Positions 45,465-54,886 of a stretch of DNA of 64,000 nucleotides are shown here, piece by piece; the first letter of the stretch is position 1; each line of letters opens with the position of its first letter. This DNA comes from Nitrospirota bacterium. Its GTDB lineage: Bacteria > Nitrospirota > UBA9217. The position numbers and the translations under genes are program-made. The notes below the pieces were generated by a model. That model made no database searches, had not been told where the DNA came from, and saw nothing but the letters and a program-made list of their open reading frames with translations. The stretch lies in assembly GCA_963663225.1 (NCBI GenBank), contig OY760142.1, positions 1,440,001-1,504,000 on the forward strand, in the 5' to 3' direction.

Positions 45465-46976
45465 ATGGATTTTCTTGCAAACTTATCCCTGGGGTTCAGT
45501 GTAGCGCTGACTCCAATAAATCTTATCTATGCCTTCCTCGGTTGTTTTTTGGGCACGCTGATAGGCGTTCTGCCGGGATTAGGTCCGGTGGCAACAATCG
45601 CCATGCTGATGCCAGCCACCTACGCGCTGCCTCCGGTCTCGGCTCTCATCATGCTTGCGGGTATTTATTACGGAGCTCAATACGGAGGTTCCACGACCGC
45701 CATTCTCGTAAATCTGCCGGGCGAGGCCTCTTCGGTGGTGACTGCCATGGACGGCTACCAAATGGCCCGTCAAGGAATGGCCGGCCCCGCGCTCTCCACC
45801 GCGGCTCTCGGTTCGTTTTTTGCCGGATCCGTGGGAGTATTGATTCTGGCCGCATTCGCTGTTCCCCTTACAAAGATAGCGTTCAAGTTCGGCCCCGCCG
45901 AATACTTTTCGCTCATGGTTCTGGGGTTGATCGCTGCAGTTGTCCTAGCCTCCGGATCTCTGCTGAAGGCACTCGCCATGATTGTCCTTGGCCTTCTTTT
46001 GGGCCTTGTGGGCACCGACATCAATTCCGGCATCCCGAGATTTTCATTCGACATTCCGGAACTCACGGACGGCATCGGTTTCGTCACGATCGCAATGGGC
46101 ATATTTGGCTACGGAGAGATCATCAGCAACCTGAGCCATACTGATACGAACCGTGAAATCTTTACCGGCAAGATGCAGGGGTTGTGGCCCAATCGCAAGC
46201 AGGTCGGCGATATGACACCCGCCATTTTTAGAGGAACTGCATTGGGATCAGCAATCGGAATACTTCCCGGAGGAAGCGCGACCCTGGCCTCCTTTTCTGC
46301 CTATGCCCTGGAAAAGAAAATCAAGATGAAAAAAGGGGAGTTCGCTTTCGGGAAGGGAAACATACGGGGAGTGGCAAGCCCTGAGGCTGCCAACAACGCG
46401 GCAGCGCAAACCTCCTTCGTTCCGCTCCTGACCCTGGGAATCCCTCCCAATGCGGTGATGGCTCTTATGCTCGGGGCCATGATCATCCACAATATCCAGC
46501 CGGGTCCGCTGGTCATGACGAACAATCCGCAGCTCTTCTGGGGCCTGGTCGTATCCATGTGGATCGGGAATGTGATGCTCGTGGTGCTGAATCTCCCGCT
46601 GATCTGGATCTGGATCAAACTCCTGACGGTTCCGTACCGATATCTTTTCCCGGCAATCGTCCTGTTCTGCGCCATCGGGGTGTACTCCATCAACAACACA
46701 ACGTTTGACATCTGGATGCTCGGGATTTTCGGTTTTGTAGGATACCTGTTCATCAAGCTGGGCTGCGAACCAGCGCCGTTGCTTCTGGGCTTTATACTCG
46801 GCCCAATGATGGAGGAATACCTTCGTCGCGCCCTGCTTATTTCTTCAGGAGACTGGAGCACGTTCGTTACGCGCCCTATATCGGCCACCCTCCTGGCGAT
46901 GTCGGTTTTGCTGCTGCTCATCATGCTTTTGCCGACTGTCAAAAAGAAACGCGAAGAAGCCTTTGTGGAGGAATAA
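45465..46976 (+). CDS. tctA: Tripartite tricarboxylate transporter TctA
   Basis: GVLPGLG, YYGAQYGGSTTAILVNLPG, PEAANNA, LTLGIP; start ATG 45465. Confidence 0.95.
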   Translation: MDFLANLSLGFSVALTPINLIYAFLGCFLGTLIGVLPGLGPVATIAMLMPATYALPPVSALIMLAGIYYGAQYGGSTTAILVNLPGEASSVVTAMDGYQMARQGMAGPALSTAALGSFFAGSVGVLILAAFAVPLTKIAFKFGPAEYFSLMVLGLIAAVVLASGSLLKALAMIVLGLLLGLVGTDINSGIPRFSFDIPELTDGIGFVTIAMGIFGYGEIISNLSHTDTNREIFTGKMQGLWPNRKQVGDMTPAIFRGTALGSAIGILPGGSATLASFSAYALEKKIKMKKGEFAFGKGNIRGVASPEAANNAAAQTSFVPLLTLGIPPNAVMALMLGAMIIHNIQPGPLVMTNNPQLFWGLVVSMWIGNVMLVVLNLPLIWIWIKLLTVPYRYLFPAIVLFCAIGVYSINNTTFDIWMLGIFGFVGYLFIKLGCEPAPLLLGFILGPMMEEYLRRALLISSGDWSTFVTRPISATLLAMSVLLLLIMLLPTVKKKREEAFVEE

Positions 46977-47037
46977 GTTTTTTCGAGGGACGCTCGGAAT
47001 GAGCCGCCCTCTAATTTGAAATGAGAAAGGAGAAAAA

Positions 47038-48033
47038 ATGTATCAGTGTAAGAGTGTTTTATTGAAAAAATTATGCATGGCCGTTCTGGTCGCCCTTTGC
47101 CTGATCGTACCGTTAAGCCCGGTCCAGGCTGCAGATCCGTCCTTCCCGAGCAAGGAAATACATATCATTGTTCCCTGGAGCCCCGGGGGAGCGGTGGACA
47201 TGACGGCCAGGATTATACAAAAAATTGCCGCTGAGGATGGCGTCAAAATCATTGTGGAAAATGTCCCGGGCGCCACGGGCAGCATCGGCCTGGCCAAAGT
47301 GGCTTCATCTCCTGCTGACGGCTATACGGTCGGACTTGCGACCACGTCGCTTCTGGCTCTGATCGCTCAGGACATGACGAAGGTCCGCAACGAGCAGTTC
47401 AGCTATCTGAACCAGACCTCCATCGAGCAGTTGCTCATGCTGGTTCCCAAAGGAGGACCGGCGCAGACCCTGGAACAATTTATCGCTTACATGAAAAAGA
47501 ATCCGGGAAAGGTGTCCATCGGCACCCCCGGCAACAACAACCTGAATCATATTTTTGCCGCCATGGCGGCAAAATCGGCCGGAGTTGATTTTGTCAATAT
47601 TCCGTATCCGGGCGCTTCCAAGGCGATCAGCGACCTTTCCGGTAAGCAGATTGACGGTGCGGTGCTGAAGACCTCGGAAAGCCGCGCGCAGATTGAAGCG
47701 GGACTGGTCGTGGCTGTCGGCGTCTTCAGCAAAACCCGCAATCCTGCGCTGCCCAATGTTCCAACCTTCAAGGAAAAAGGCTTCGATGTCTTTCCCTATG
47801 GCACATTGGAGCAGATATGTTATTTGGTGGGACCGGTGAACCTTCCTGCCGACGTGGCTGCAAAACTCATAGCGATATTCAAGAAGGTCCTGAAAAATCC
47901 CGAATACGCGAAGTTTGCCAAGGATAACGGTTTTAGCAATTCCGACATATCCGGCAATGCGCTTCGTCAGAAGGTCTACAATATGCAAAAGTCCTTCGAC
48001 AAGGCGGCGCCCAAGCTTTTCAAGAAGCAATAA
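47038..48033 (+). CDS. tctC: TTT substrate-binding protein TctC (Bug family)
   Basis: Signal peptide, IVPWSPGGAVD, VENVPGATG, ADGYT, PNVPT. Confidence 0.92.
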   Translation: MYQCKSVLLKKLCMAVLVALCLIVPLSPVQAADPSFPSKEIHIIVPWSPGGAVDMTARIIQKIAAEDGVKIIVENVPGATGSIGLAKVASSPADGYTVGLATTSLLALIAQDMTKVRNEQFSYLNQTSIEQLLMLVPKGGPAQTLEQFIAYMKKNPGKVSIGTPGNNNLNHIFAAMAAKSAGVDFVNIPYPGASKAISDLSGKQIDGAVLKTSESRAQIEAGLVVAVGVFSKTRNPALPNVPTFKEKGFDVFPYGTLEQICYLVGPVNLPADVAAKLIAIFKKVLKNPEYAKFAKDNGFSNSDISGNALRQKVYNMQKSFDKAAPKLFKKQ

Positions 48034-48051
48034 AGACTTGTTTCCTGTTCT

Positions 48052-48093
48052 TCCGCTGCGGAATGCACCCGGGTTCCGCAGCGGAGTCGTTTT
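48052..48093 (+). terminator. Intrinsic terminator after tctC
   Basis: TCCGCTGCGGAA...TTCCGCAGCGGA followed by a pyrimidine-rich tail. Confidence 0.65.
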
Positions 48094-48237
48094 CCTCTCT
48101 TTCCCCGCACGATACTGTTTCTTCCATTTGTCTGTGCAAGCGGTATGTTTTTATCTCCGTTTGCTCTCCTTTCGACTTTATGTTACCATGCGGCCGTTTA
48201 CCTGCAATCTCATGGCTGACAGCACAGAGAGGAGCGT

Positions 48238-48942
48238 ATGAGCGCAGAGATAATTCGAAAGAAGCTGCAAAAGCTTTCCAACAAGAAAAAAGCAAAAATT
48301 CTTCAGGGCTTTTTTAAAACCGGGCCCGGAGAATACGGCGAGGGCGATATTTTTCTCGGCATAACCGTGCCGGTTCTCAGAAAAGTGTCAAAGGAATATG
48401 CAGGCGTGCCGCTGAGCGAAACTGTTCAGCTTCTGAAATCTTCCATCCATGAAGAGCGCCTCCTATCTTTGTTCATGCTCGTACATGCTTTTGTAAAAGG
48501 CGAGGCCGCTGTTCGGAAAAAAATTTTTAGCTTGTATCTCAGGAACTCGAAATATATCAACAACTGGGACCTTGTCGACCTGACCGCCCCGAACATCGTG
48601 GGGGCTTATCTCCTGGACAAAAGCAGGAAACCACTGTACGCACTGGCGCAATCGGACAATATATGGAAACGGCGGATCGCCATGTTGGCAACGTTTCAGT
48701 TTATCAAACAACAGGACTTCAACGATGCGCTCAGGATAGCAAGAATACTCCTGAGGGACGAGCACGACCTCATTCATAAGGCAGTGGGCTGGATGCTGCG
48801 GGAAGTCGGCAAACGGTCGCAGCCGGTCGAAGAGCAGTTTTTGAAGCAGCATTACAAGAACATGCCGCGTACCATGCTGCGGTATGCAATCGAGCGATTT
48901 CCCGAAGCGAGAAGGAAGAAATACCTGAAAGGGGAGATCTAA
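48238..48942 (+). CDS. DNA alkylation repair protein (AlkD-like HEAT repeat)
   Basis: FFKTGPGEYGEGD.FLG, NNWDLVD, IHKAVGWMLRE, MPRTMLRYAIE. Confidence 0.92.
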   Translation: MSAEIIRKKLQKLSNKKKAKILQGFFKTGPGEYGEGDIFLGITVPVLRKVSKEYAGVPLSETVQLLKSSIHEERLLSLFMLVHAFVKGEAAVRKKIFSLYLRNSKYINNWDLVDLTAPNIVGAYLLDKSRKPLYALAQSDNIWKRRIAMLATFQFIKQQDFNDALRIARILLRDEHDLIHKAVGWMLREVGKRSQPVEEQFLKQHYKNMPRTMLRYAIERFPEARRKKYLKGEI

Positions 48943-48948
48943 CAGGGC

Positions 48949-50202
48949 ATGAATAAAAAACAGATCCTCAGCTGGTGCCTTTTTGACTTTGCGAACTCAA
49001 GCTATTCCGCGGTCATTGCTGCGGTCGTCTTTCAGGTCTATTACATCAACGTCATAGCGGGGAATTCAAACGGCAACGGTGATCTCTGGTGGGGGCGGGC
49101 CATTTCGCTGAGCATGCTGGTCGTGTCGTTCTCATCTCCGTTTCTCGGCGGGATTGCCGATTATGCAGGCCGCCGGAAAAGCCTGCTGGCCGCTTACACG
49201 TTTGCCTGTGTTGCCGCGGTCGCCGGGTTCTGCCTTCTTTCGCCCGGCGATGTCTTCATCGGCTGCGCGCTGATCGCACTTGCGAACATCGGCATGGAAG
49301 GGGGGCTTGTTTTTTACAATTCGTTTCTGCCGCAGATTGCGCGAAAGGACTGCCAGGGCCGGGTCTCCGGCTGGGGGTTCGGCGTGGGCTACGCAGGCTC
49401 GATTATTTCATTGCTGATCGCGCTCCCGCTTGCGCAGTCAGGACGCTTCGATCAAATCTGGCTCATGGTCGCCTTGTTTTTTGCGCTGTTTTCGCTTCCC
49501 GCTTTTCTGTTCCTGCCTCATGACCGACCTACAGGCATCACAGCACTGCAGGCCGGAGTCAGCGGCAGCAGAAACGCGCTGAAAACGTTGCGTGAAATCT
49601 GGGGTCGTATAGAGCAGCGGAAGTTTCTCATCGCCTACCTTATTTACGAGGACGGGGTAAACACGGTGATCGTGTTTTCGAGCAGTCTTGCCGCCACGAC
49701 GTTCGGTTTCCTGCAAAGCGAACTTATCATGCTGTATCTTGTGGTGCAGGTGACGGCACTTGCCGGCGCGTTTCTTCTTTCCAAACCGACGGATGTCTGG
49801 GGGCCGAAAAAAGTGGTGATCGTCTCTCTTCTTCTTTGGGCGGCCGTATCCGTGTCGGCATATTTTGTTCAGACCAAGGCCGGGTTCTGGCTGATAGCCT
49901 GCACTGCCGGACTGGGGCTCGGATCAGTACAGGCCGGGACCCGTGCATTTTATGCCCAGTTTGTTCCGGAAGGGAAGGAAGCCGAGTACTTCGGCGTCTA
50001 CTCCCTGGTCGGAAAGTCCTCCGCTGTCATTGGTCCGCTTTTGTTCGGTCAGGTTTCAGTCGCATTCGGCAGCCAGCGTCCGGCGATTCTTTCCATCGGC
50101 GCATTTTTTGTTTTCGGCCTGATTCTGCTCAGCAGGGTAAAAGGCGGCGGGCCGAATGTGGAAGCATTGCATGAGAGCCGAACCGGGAATTCCGTTGTCT
50201 GA
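48949..50202 (+). CDS. MFS transporter (UMF1/Atg22-like)
   Basis: WCLFDFANS, FYNSFLP, GRVSGWG..GY.G, about 12 TMs. Confidence 0.9.
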   Translation: MNKKQILSWCLFDFANSSYSAVIAAVVFQVYYINVIAGNSNGNGDLWWGRAISLSMLVVSFSSPFLGGIADYAGRRKSLLAAYTFACVAAVAGFCLLSPGDVFIGCALIALANIGMEGGLVFYNSFLPQIARKDCQGRVSGWGFGVGYAGSIISLLIALPLAQSGRFDQIWLMVALFFALFSLPAFLFLPHDRPTGITALQAGVSGSRNALKTLREIWGRIEQRKFLIAYLIYEDGVNTVIVFSSSLAATTFGFLQSELIMLYLVVQVTALAGAFLLSKPTDVWGPKKVVIVSLLLWAAVSVSAYFVQTKAGFWLIACTAGLGLGSVQAGTRAFYAQFVPEGKEAEYFGVYSLVGKSSAVIGPLLFGQVSVAFGSQRPAILSIGAFFVFGLILLSRVKGGGPNVEALHESRTGNSVV

Positions 50203-50369
50203 AAGCGGCTGTCATAAAAAATCCGGCAGGTGATATAAATCATACGTGCTGACAAAGAGGGTATGCTACTCTTTTCCCAGAGTATGCTATAATCATTTCA
50301 TGCTCAGCGTGACAGTCTGACAAACTTCCGTTTTTCTCGTTCTCGTTTCCATAATGGTGATCCACGCTT

Positions 50370-52397
50370 ATGGCTCATAAACTTACTACCTGCACGTTCT
50401 GCGGCGTCGGCTGCGGGCTTTATCTGGAAACCTCCGGCAACCACGTTGTGGGCGTCTCTCCGAGTATTTCTCATCCTGCAAACGAGGGAAGAATATGCAT
50501 CCGCGGCTGGAACGTGCACGAAGTCATCAGTTCTCCGGATCGTCTGAGAAGGCCGCTGCTCAGAAAGAGAGGCGCCCTTCGGGAGGTGGAGTGGGACGAG
50601 GCAATTTCATTTATCGCCTCCCGTCTGGAAAAAATCAGGGACAAATACGGCCCTGATTCAATAGCGCTGCTGAATTCCCCCCGGTGCTCTAACGAGGAAG
50701 CCTACCTGCTTCAGAAGCTGGCGCGAACGGTCATCCAGACCAATAATGTGGACCACGGTGCGGGAGTTTACAGCAATTATTCAATTGATGTCCTGCTTGA
50801 GATGCTTGGGGTGTCGGCCAGCACCAGCTCTTTTGAAGACTTGTCCCACAGCGACGTTATCATTTCGGCCGGCGTTGACCTGGCCCAAAAAATGCCCACG
50901 CTCGGAGGGACGGTCATCCGGGCAAAGCTGAAAGGCGCGAAGCTTATCATTGTTGATGAACGCCGCCATCGGGTGGCGGAAAGCGCCGATTTGTTTCTTC
51001 AGATCAAACCCGGCACGGATGTCCAGCTTTTCGGCGCCATGGCGAAAGTGGTCGTTGACCACGGCCTGATGAACCTGCCGTTTATCAAGATGTCTTGCCG
51101 AAATTATCAGGAGCTCCTTGCAGCCGTGGCGAGCTATGATCTGCTTGAGGCCGCCGATGCCTGCGGTGTTCCGGCAGAGCTCATCGAGGCCGCCGCACTG
51201 GCGTATGCCCGCGCAAAATCCGCAACGCTGCTGTACTCCACCGGAATCCGGGCGCGTGATGTGGAATCGATTATGGCCAAGGTGAATCTTGCCCTTCTGT
51301 GCGGCCAGGTCGGCAGGAAAGGGGCCGGCATCTTCGCCCTGACGGAGCATAATAATCTGCAGGGGGTCTGCGACATGGGAGTGCTGCCGGACCGCTTGCC
51401 GGGCTACCGTCCGGTCGCGAGCGAAACGGCACGGGCAGAATTCGAAAAAATCTGGAAAACAAAAATTCCCGCACACCCCGGAGTGTCCGCACAGCCGGTG
51501 CTGAAGGACCGCGCCAACGGTACGATCCGGGCCGTATGGCTCTGCCGCTACGATCCTGTCAGCTCCGCTTTCTTCGGTGACGTTGAAAATTCACTGCAGC
51601 AGTGCGATCTTGTGGTCCTGCAGCATGTATACCGGAATAAAACAGCCGATTATGCCCATGTGGTTTTGCCGACAGCCGTGTTCGGAGAGGAGCAGATTAC
51701 CTTTACCAATGCGGAAAGGCGTATCCAGCTTGCGACACAGGTCATTGATCCTCCGGACGGAATCACCTCTGCATGGCAGCAGATTGTACAGGTGGCAAAG
51801 GCGATGGGCGTGGATTGGAAATACCGGTCCTCGGCCGATGTAATGAACGAGATCGGACGGGTGGTGCCGTTCTACAGTGGTGCAAGCTACGACAACCTGG
51901 CCCGCGAGTACGGCCGCCAGTGGCCTTGTACCACGGACCGGCCGCTCGGCACGCCCCGCCTTTTTACGGAGGATAGCAACGATCAACCATTCAAATTTCT
52001 ACCTGTCGAGAAAAAGCTTCAGCCAATCCTTACGGATAAAGAATATCCGTTCATGCTGATTTTCGGGCATACCCTTTACTACTGGCACCAGAACGTATTT
52101 ATTCTCCGCAGCGAGACGCTCAAACGTGAATATATCGTTCTCCTGAATGATTATCCCGGCGGTTTCGCGGAAATCAATGAGAAGGACGCGAAACAGCTCG
52201 GTGTCCGGAACGGCGATACGATACGGCTGCGCTCCCCCAACGGTTCCGCGGTCACCCTGGCGAGGGTCACCCCTGAAGTGCGCAGCGGCAGCGTGTTCGT
52301 GCCCTACTTTGTCAGGCAGGTTCGGAACCAGATGTGCGGCAGCACGGAGTTCGATTGCCGGCTGGTGCCTGTCCGCGTGGAAAAGGAGGCGGAATGA
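50370..52397 (+). CDS. FdhF/NuoG-like molybdopterin oxidoreductase-fold subunit lacking catalytic Cys/Sec-His
   Basis: CTFCGVGC...C 4Fe-4S motif, SNEEAY..QKLAR...TNNVDH, NNLQGVCDMG, FTNAERR; the active-site segment reads DHGAGVYSN. Confidence 0.85.
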   Translation: MAHKLTTCTFCGVGCGLYLETSGNHVVGVSPSISHPANEGRICIRGWNVHEVISSPDRLRRPLLRKRGALREVEWDEAISFIASRLEKIRDKYGPDSIALLNSPRCSNEEAYLLQKLARTVIQTNNVDHGAGVYSNYSIDVLLEMLGVSASTSSFEDLSHSDVIISAGVDLAQKMPTLGGTVIRAKLKGAKLIIVDERRHRVAESADLFLQIKPGTDVQLFGAMAKVVVDHGLMNLPFIKMSCRNYQELLAAVASYDLLEAADACGVPAELIEAAALAYARAKSATLLYSTGIRARDVESIMAKVNLALLCGQVGRKGAGIFALTEHNNLQGVCDMGVLPDRLPGYRPVASETARAEFEKIWKTKIPAHPGVSAQPVLKDRANGTIRAVWLCRYDPVSSAFFGDVENSLQQCDLVVLQHVYRNKTADYAHVVLPTAVFGEEQITFTNAERRIQLATQVIDPPDGITSAWQQIVQVAKAMGVDWKYRSSADVMNEIGRVVPFYSGASYDNLAREYGRQWPCTTDRPLGTPRLFTEDSNDQPFKFLPVEKKLQPILTDKEYPFMLIFGHTLYYWHQNVFILRSETLKREYIVLLNDYPGGFAEINEKDAKQLGVRNGDTIRLRSPNGSAVTLARVTPEVRSGSVFVPYFVRQVRNQMCGSTEFDCRLVPVRVEKEAE

Positions 52398-53479
52398 AGG
52401 CCCGCATTCTTGACCGCGCCGATGTGCTTAAGATTGTTGACCTGCTCCGGAAGGACGGATACGAAGTCATTGCTCCGTTTCTCGGCCGCGGCCGCGATAC
52501 CTATTTCGATACGGTCACCAACGAGAACCGTGATCGGATTCAGATTCATGTGCCGAATCCGTATTACCCTCCGAAGCGTTTTGTGCTGCCGCATATGGAA
52601 CGCCTGATGAAGATCAAGAAGGGCAACGGTAAGCTGATCATCGAACCTTCCTATGAACAGCCAAAGCGCGCCATATTCGGGATGCGCTCCTGTGATGTTG
52701 CCGGTCTTTACCACCAGGACCTTTTTTACCGCGGGCGGACATTCCGGGACGTGTACTACGAAAACCACCGCAAGAACTTGCTTGTGATAAATGTTGTCTG
52801 CACCATCCGGGGGCAGGACATCAATCCCGAATGTTTTTGCATGTGCGCCGACACCGGTCCCGCCGCACGCGATCACTTTGATTTGCAGTTGATGGACCTG
52901 GGCGATGAGTTTATGGCAGTGGCGGGGTCCCCGGCCGGCGAGACGATGTTTGCCGATGCCATATTCAAAAAAGGCGCGGAATCGCACAAGGAAAAACGCC
53001 GCAGCATTCTGAACGGGGTGAGACGACATTTTAAAAATACCAACAGCTGGTTCTCCGCCACGGTCCGATACATTACGCAGAGCAAGGTGCTGGAAAAGAC
53101 CTGGGAGGAGGTCGGCAACCGCTGTCTTGAATGCGGAGGCTGCACGTATGTCTGCCCGGCCTGCACTTGCTTTACGGTCACGGACCGTCATGTGGATCAC
53201 GCGGAGATTGAGCGCGTGCGGACATGGGACGCCTGCGCGCTCGCCGGCTTCACCCGCATGGCGGGAGGCCACAACCCCCGGCGGGCCGTGCATGACCGGA
53301 GGAACCGGCGATTTTTCCGTAAACTCGCGCATTATTTCATTCAGCGCGAACTCTCAATGGCCTGCGTCGGTTGCGGACGGTGCGCCACGGTCTGCCACGG
53401 CGACGTAGGAATGCCGAACGTGGTCGAAATGATACGCCGGGCGACAGCGGAGATTGACACCAATGAACCAGTCAAGTGA
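52394..53479 (+). CDS. 4Fe-4S dicluster protein, AsrA/sulfhydrogenase beta-like
   Basis: RSCD, CFC, CLECGGCTYVCPACTCF, WDAC, CVGCGRCATVC. Confidence 0.88.
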   Translation: MKARILDRADVLKIVDLLRKDGYEVIAPFLGRGRDTYFDTVTNENRDRIQIHVPNPYYPPKRFVLPHMERLMKIKKGNGKLIIEPSYEQPKRAIFGMRSCDVAGLYHQDLFYRGRTFRDVYYENHRKNLLVINVVCTIRGQDINPECFCMCADTGPAARDHFDLQLMDLGDEFMAVAGSPAGETMFADAIFKKGAESHKEKRRSILNGVRRHFKNTNSWFSATVRYITQSKVLEKTWEEVGNRCLECGGCTYVCPACTCFTVTDRHVDHAEIERVRTWDACALAGFTRMAGGHNPRRAVHDRRNRRFFRKLAHYFIQRELSMACVGCGRCATVCHGDVGMPNVVEMIRRATAEIDTNEPVK

Positions 53480-54314
53480 AAACATCTATCTGCCGAAGGT
53501 CGCGATCCTGGACCGCGTGACAGACGAGATTGAAGAGGTCAAGACGTTTTACTGGCACTTTGAGGATGAGGCGGAGCAGAAGGCCTTCAAGCGGTTCCGG
53601 CCCGGCCAGTTTGCGGAAGTATCGCTCTTCGGCATCGGCGAGTTCCCGACCTCGCTGCCTCCCAGCCCGACCGAGGATGAAACATTTTTCACCGTCCGTT
53701 CGGTCGGCAGCTGCACGGCGGCGCTGCATCAACTGAAGCCGGGAGACCGCTTCGGCGTCCGGGGCCCCTACGGAAACGGTTTCCCGATGGAGGCGTATTA
53801 CGGAAAGAACCTTGTTTTTGTCGCCGGCGGCATCGGACTGATACCGCTGCGCTCCTGCATTGTGTATGCGCTGAAACATCGGGAAAAATATGATCGCATC
53901 CAGATTTTTTACGGGTCGAAGACGCCGAAGGAACTGATGTATCTGTCCGATCTGCGTGAATGGGAAAAATCAGCCGGAATCGAGTGCAAGCTCACCGTTG
54001 ATAAAGAGTGTCCGACTGAGGTCTGGACCGGCAATATCGGCGTCGTGGGAAGCCTTCTCAAAAAAGCGGACACCCATGTTCCGGTGGACAATACCATCGC
54101 GTTTGTATGCGGCCCCCCGGTCATGTTCCGGTTTGTCATACAGGATCTCCTGGCGCTGGGATTTCAGGAAAAAAACATCGTTTCGACGCTGGAGCGCTAT
54201 ATGAAATGCGGAGTCGGCAAGTGCGGCCATTGCTGCATCGGCGTAGCGTATGTGTGCATGGACGGTCCCGTTTTCAGCTATGAACAGATCAAAAAGCTTG
54301 GAGAGGACATCTGA
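53463..54314 (+). CDS. FAD/NAD(P)-binding 2Fe-2S protein, AsrB/sulfhydrogenase gamma-like
   Basis: PGQF, RGPYGNGF, AGGIGL.P, CGPPVM, MKCGVGKCGHC..C.DGP. Confidence 0.92.
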   Translation: MNQSSENIYLPKVAILDRVTDEIEEVKTFYWHFEDEAEQKAFKRFRPGQFAEVSLFGIGEFPTSLPPSPTEDETFFTVRSVGSCTAALHQLKPGDRFGVRGPYGNGFPMEAYYGKNLVFVAGGIGLIPLRSCIVYALKHREKYDRIQIFYGSKTPKELMYLSDLREWEKSAGIECKLTVDKECPTEVWTGNIGVVGSLLKKADTHVPVDNTIAFVCGPPVMFRFVIQDLLALGFQEKNIVSTLERYMKCGVGKCGHCCIGVAYVCMDGPVFSYEQIKKLGEDI

Positions 54315-54886
54315 TGCAGGACCTCCGCGAAGATATCCGACGGTGTTTTTCAGGCAGAGTTTGTCTGATGGGACTGGGCAACACCGACTACGGTGACGAC
54401 GGCCTCGGTGTCCTGCTGGCCGAGACGCTGGCAGAGCGGTTGAACAGGGGGCGGCATGCTTCCGGTTCTGCCGAGGTGATCACTGCGGGAACATCGCCTG
54501 AGCGATTCATCGGAACCTTTGCAGACGCGGGATTTGATCATCTGATTTTCCTGGACGCGGTCGAGTTTGGAGGAGAGCCCGGCTCGGTCTTTTTTTTAGA
54601 CGCCAGGGAAATAACCGCGCGATTTCCCCAGATCTCGACGCATAAAATTTCACTCGGTCTTCTGGCATCGTTAGTAGAAAACGAAACAATGAAGGTTTGG
54701 CTGCTCGGAGTACAGCCGGGATCGCTTAAAACCGCGCAAAGCCTCACTTCGGAGGTACAGACAACGCTTGAAATGCTCGAAGAACTGCTCTGGGACATGC
54801 TGGCACCAGAGCGGGAGGACGCATGCCGGTATCCGCACCCCGGTGAGCGTACCACGGAATTGGCAGAGGAAAAGGTGATCGCATAA
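54314..54886 (+). CDS. Hydrogenase maturation protease (HycI-like)
   Basis: GLGNTDYGDDGLG, GTSPE, LDAV, STH, GVQP. Confidence 0.9.
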   Translation: MQDLREDIRRCFSGRVCLMGLGNTDYGDDGLGVLLAETLAERLNRGRHASGSAEVITAGTSPERFIGTFADAGFDHLIFLDAVEFGGEPGSVFFLDAREITARFPQISTHKISLGLLASLVENETMKVWLLGVQPGSLKTAQSLTSEVQTTLEMLEELLWDMLAPEREDACRYPHPGERTTELAEEKVIA

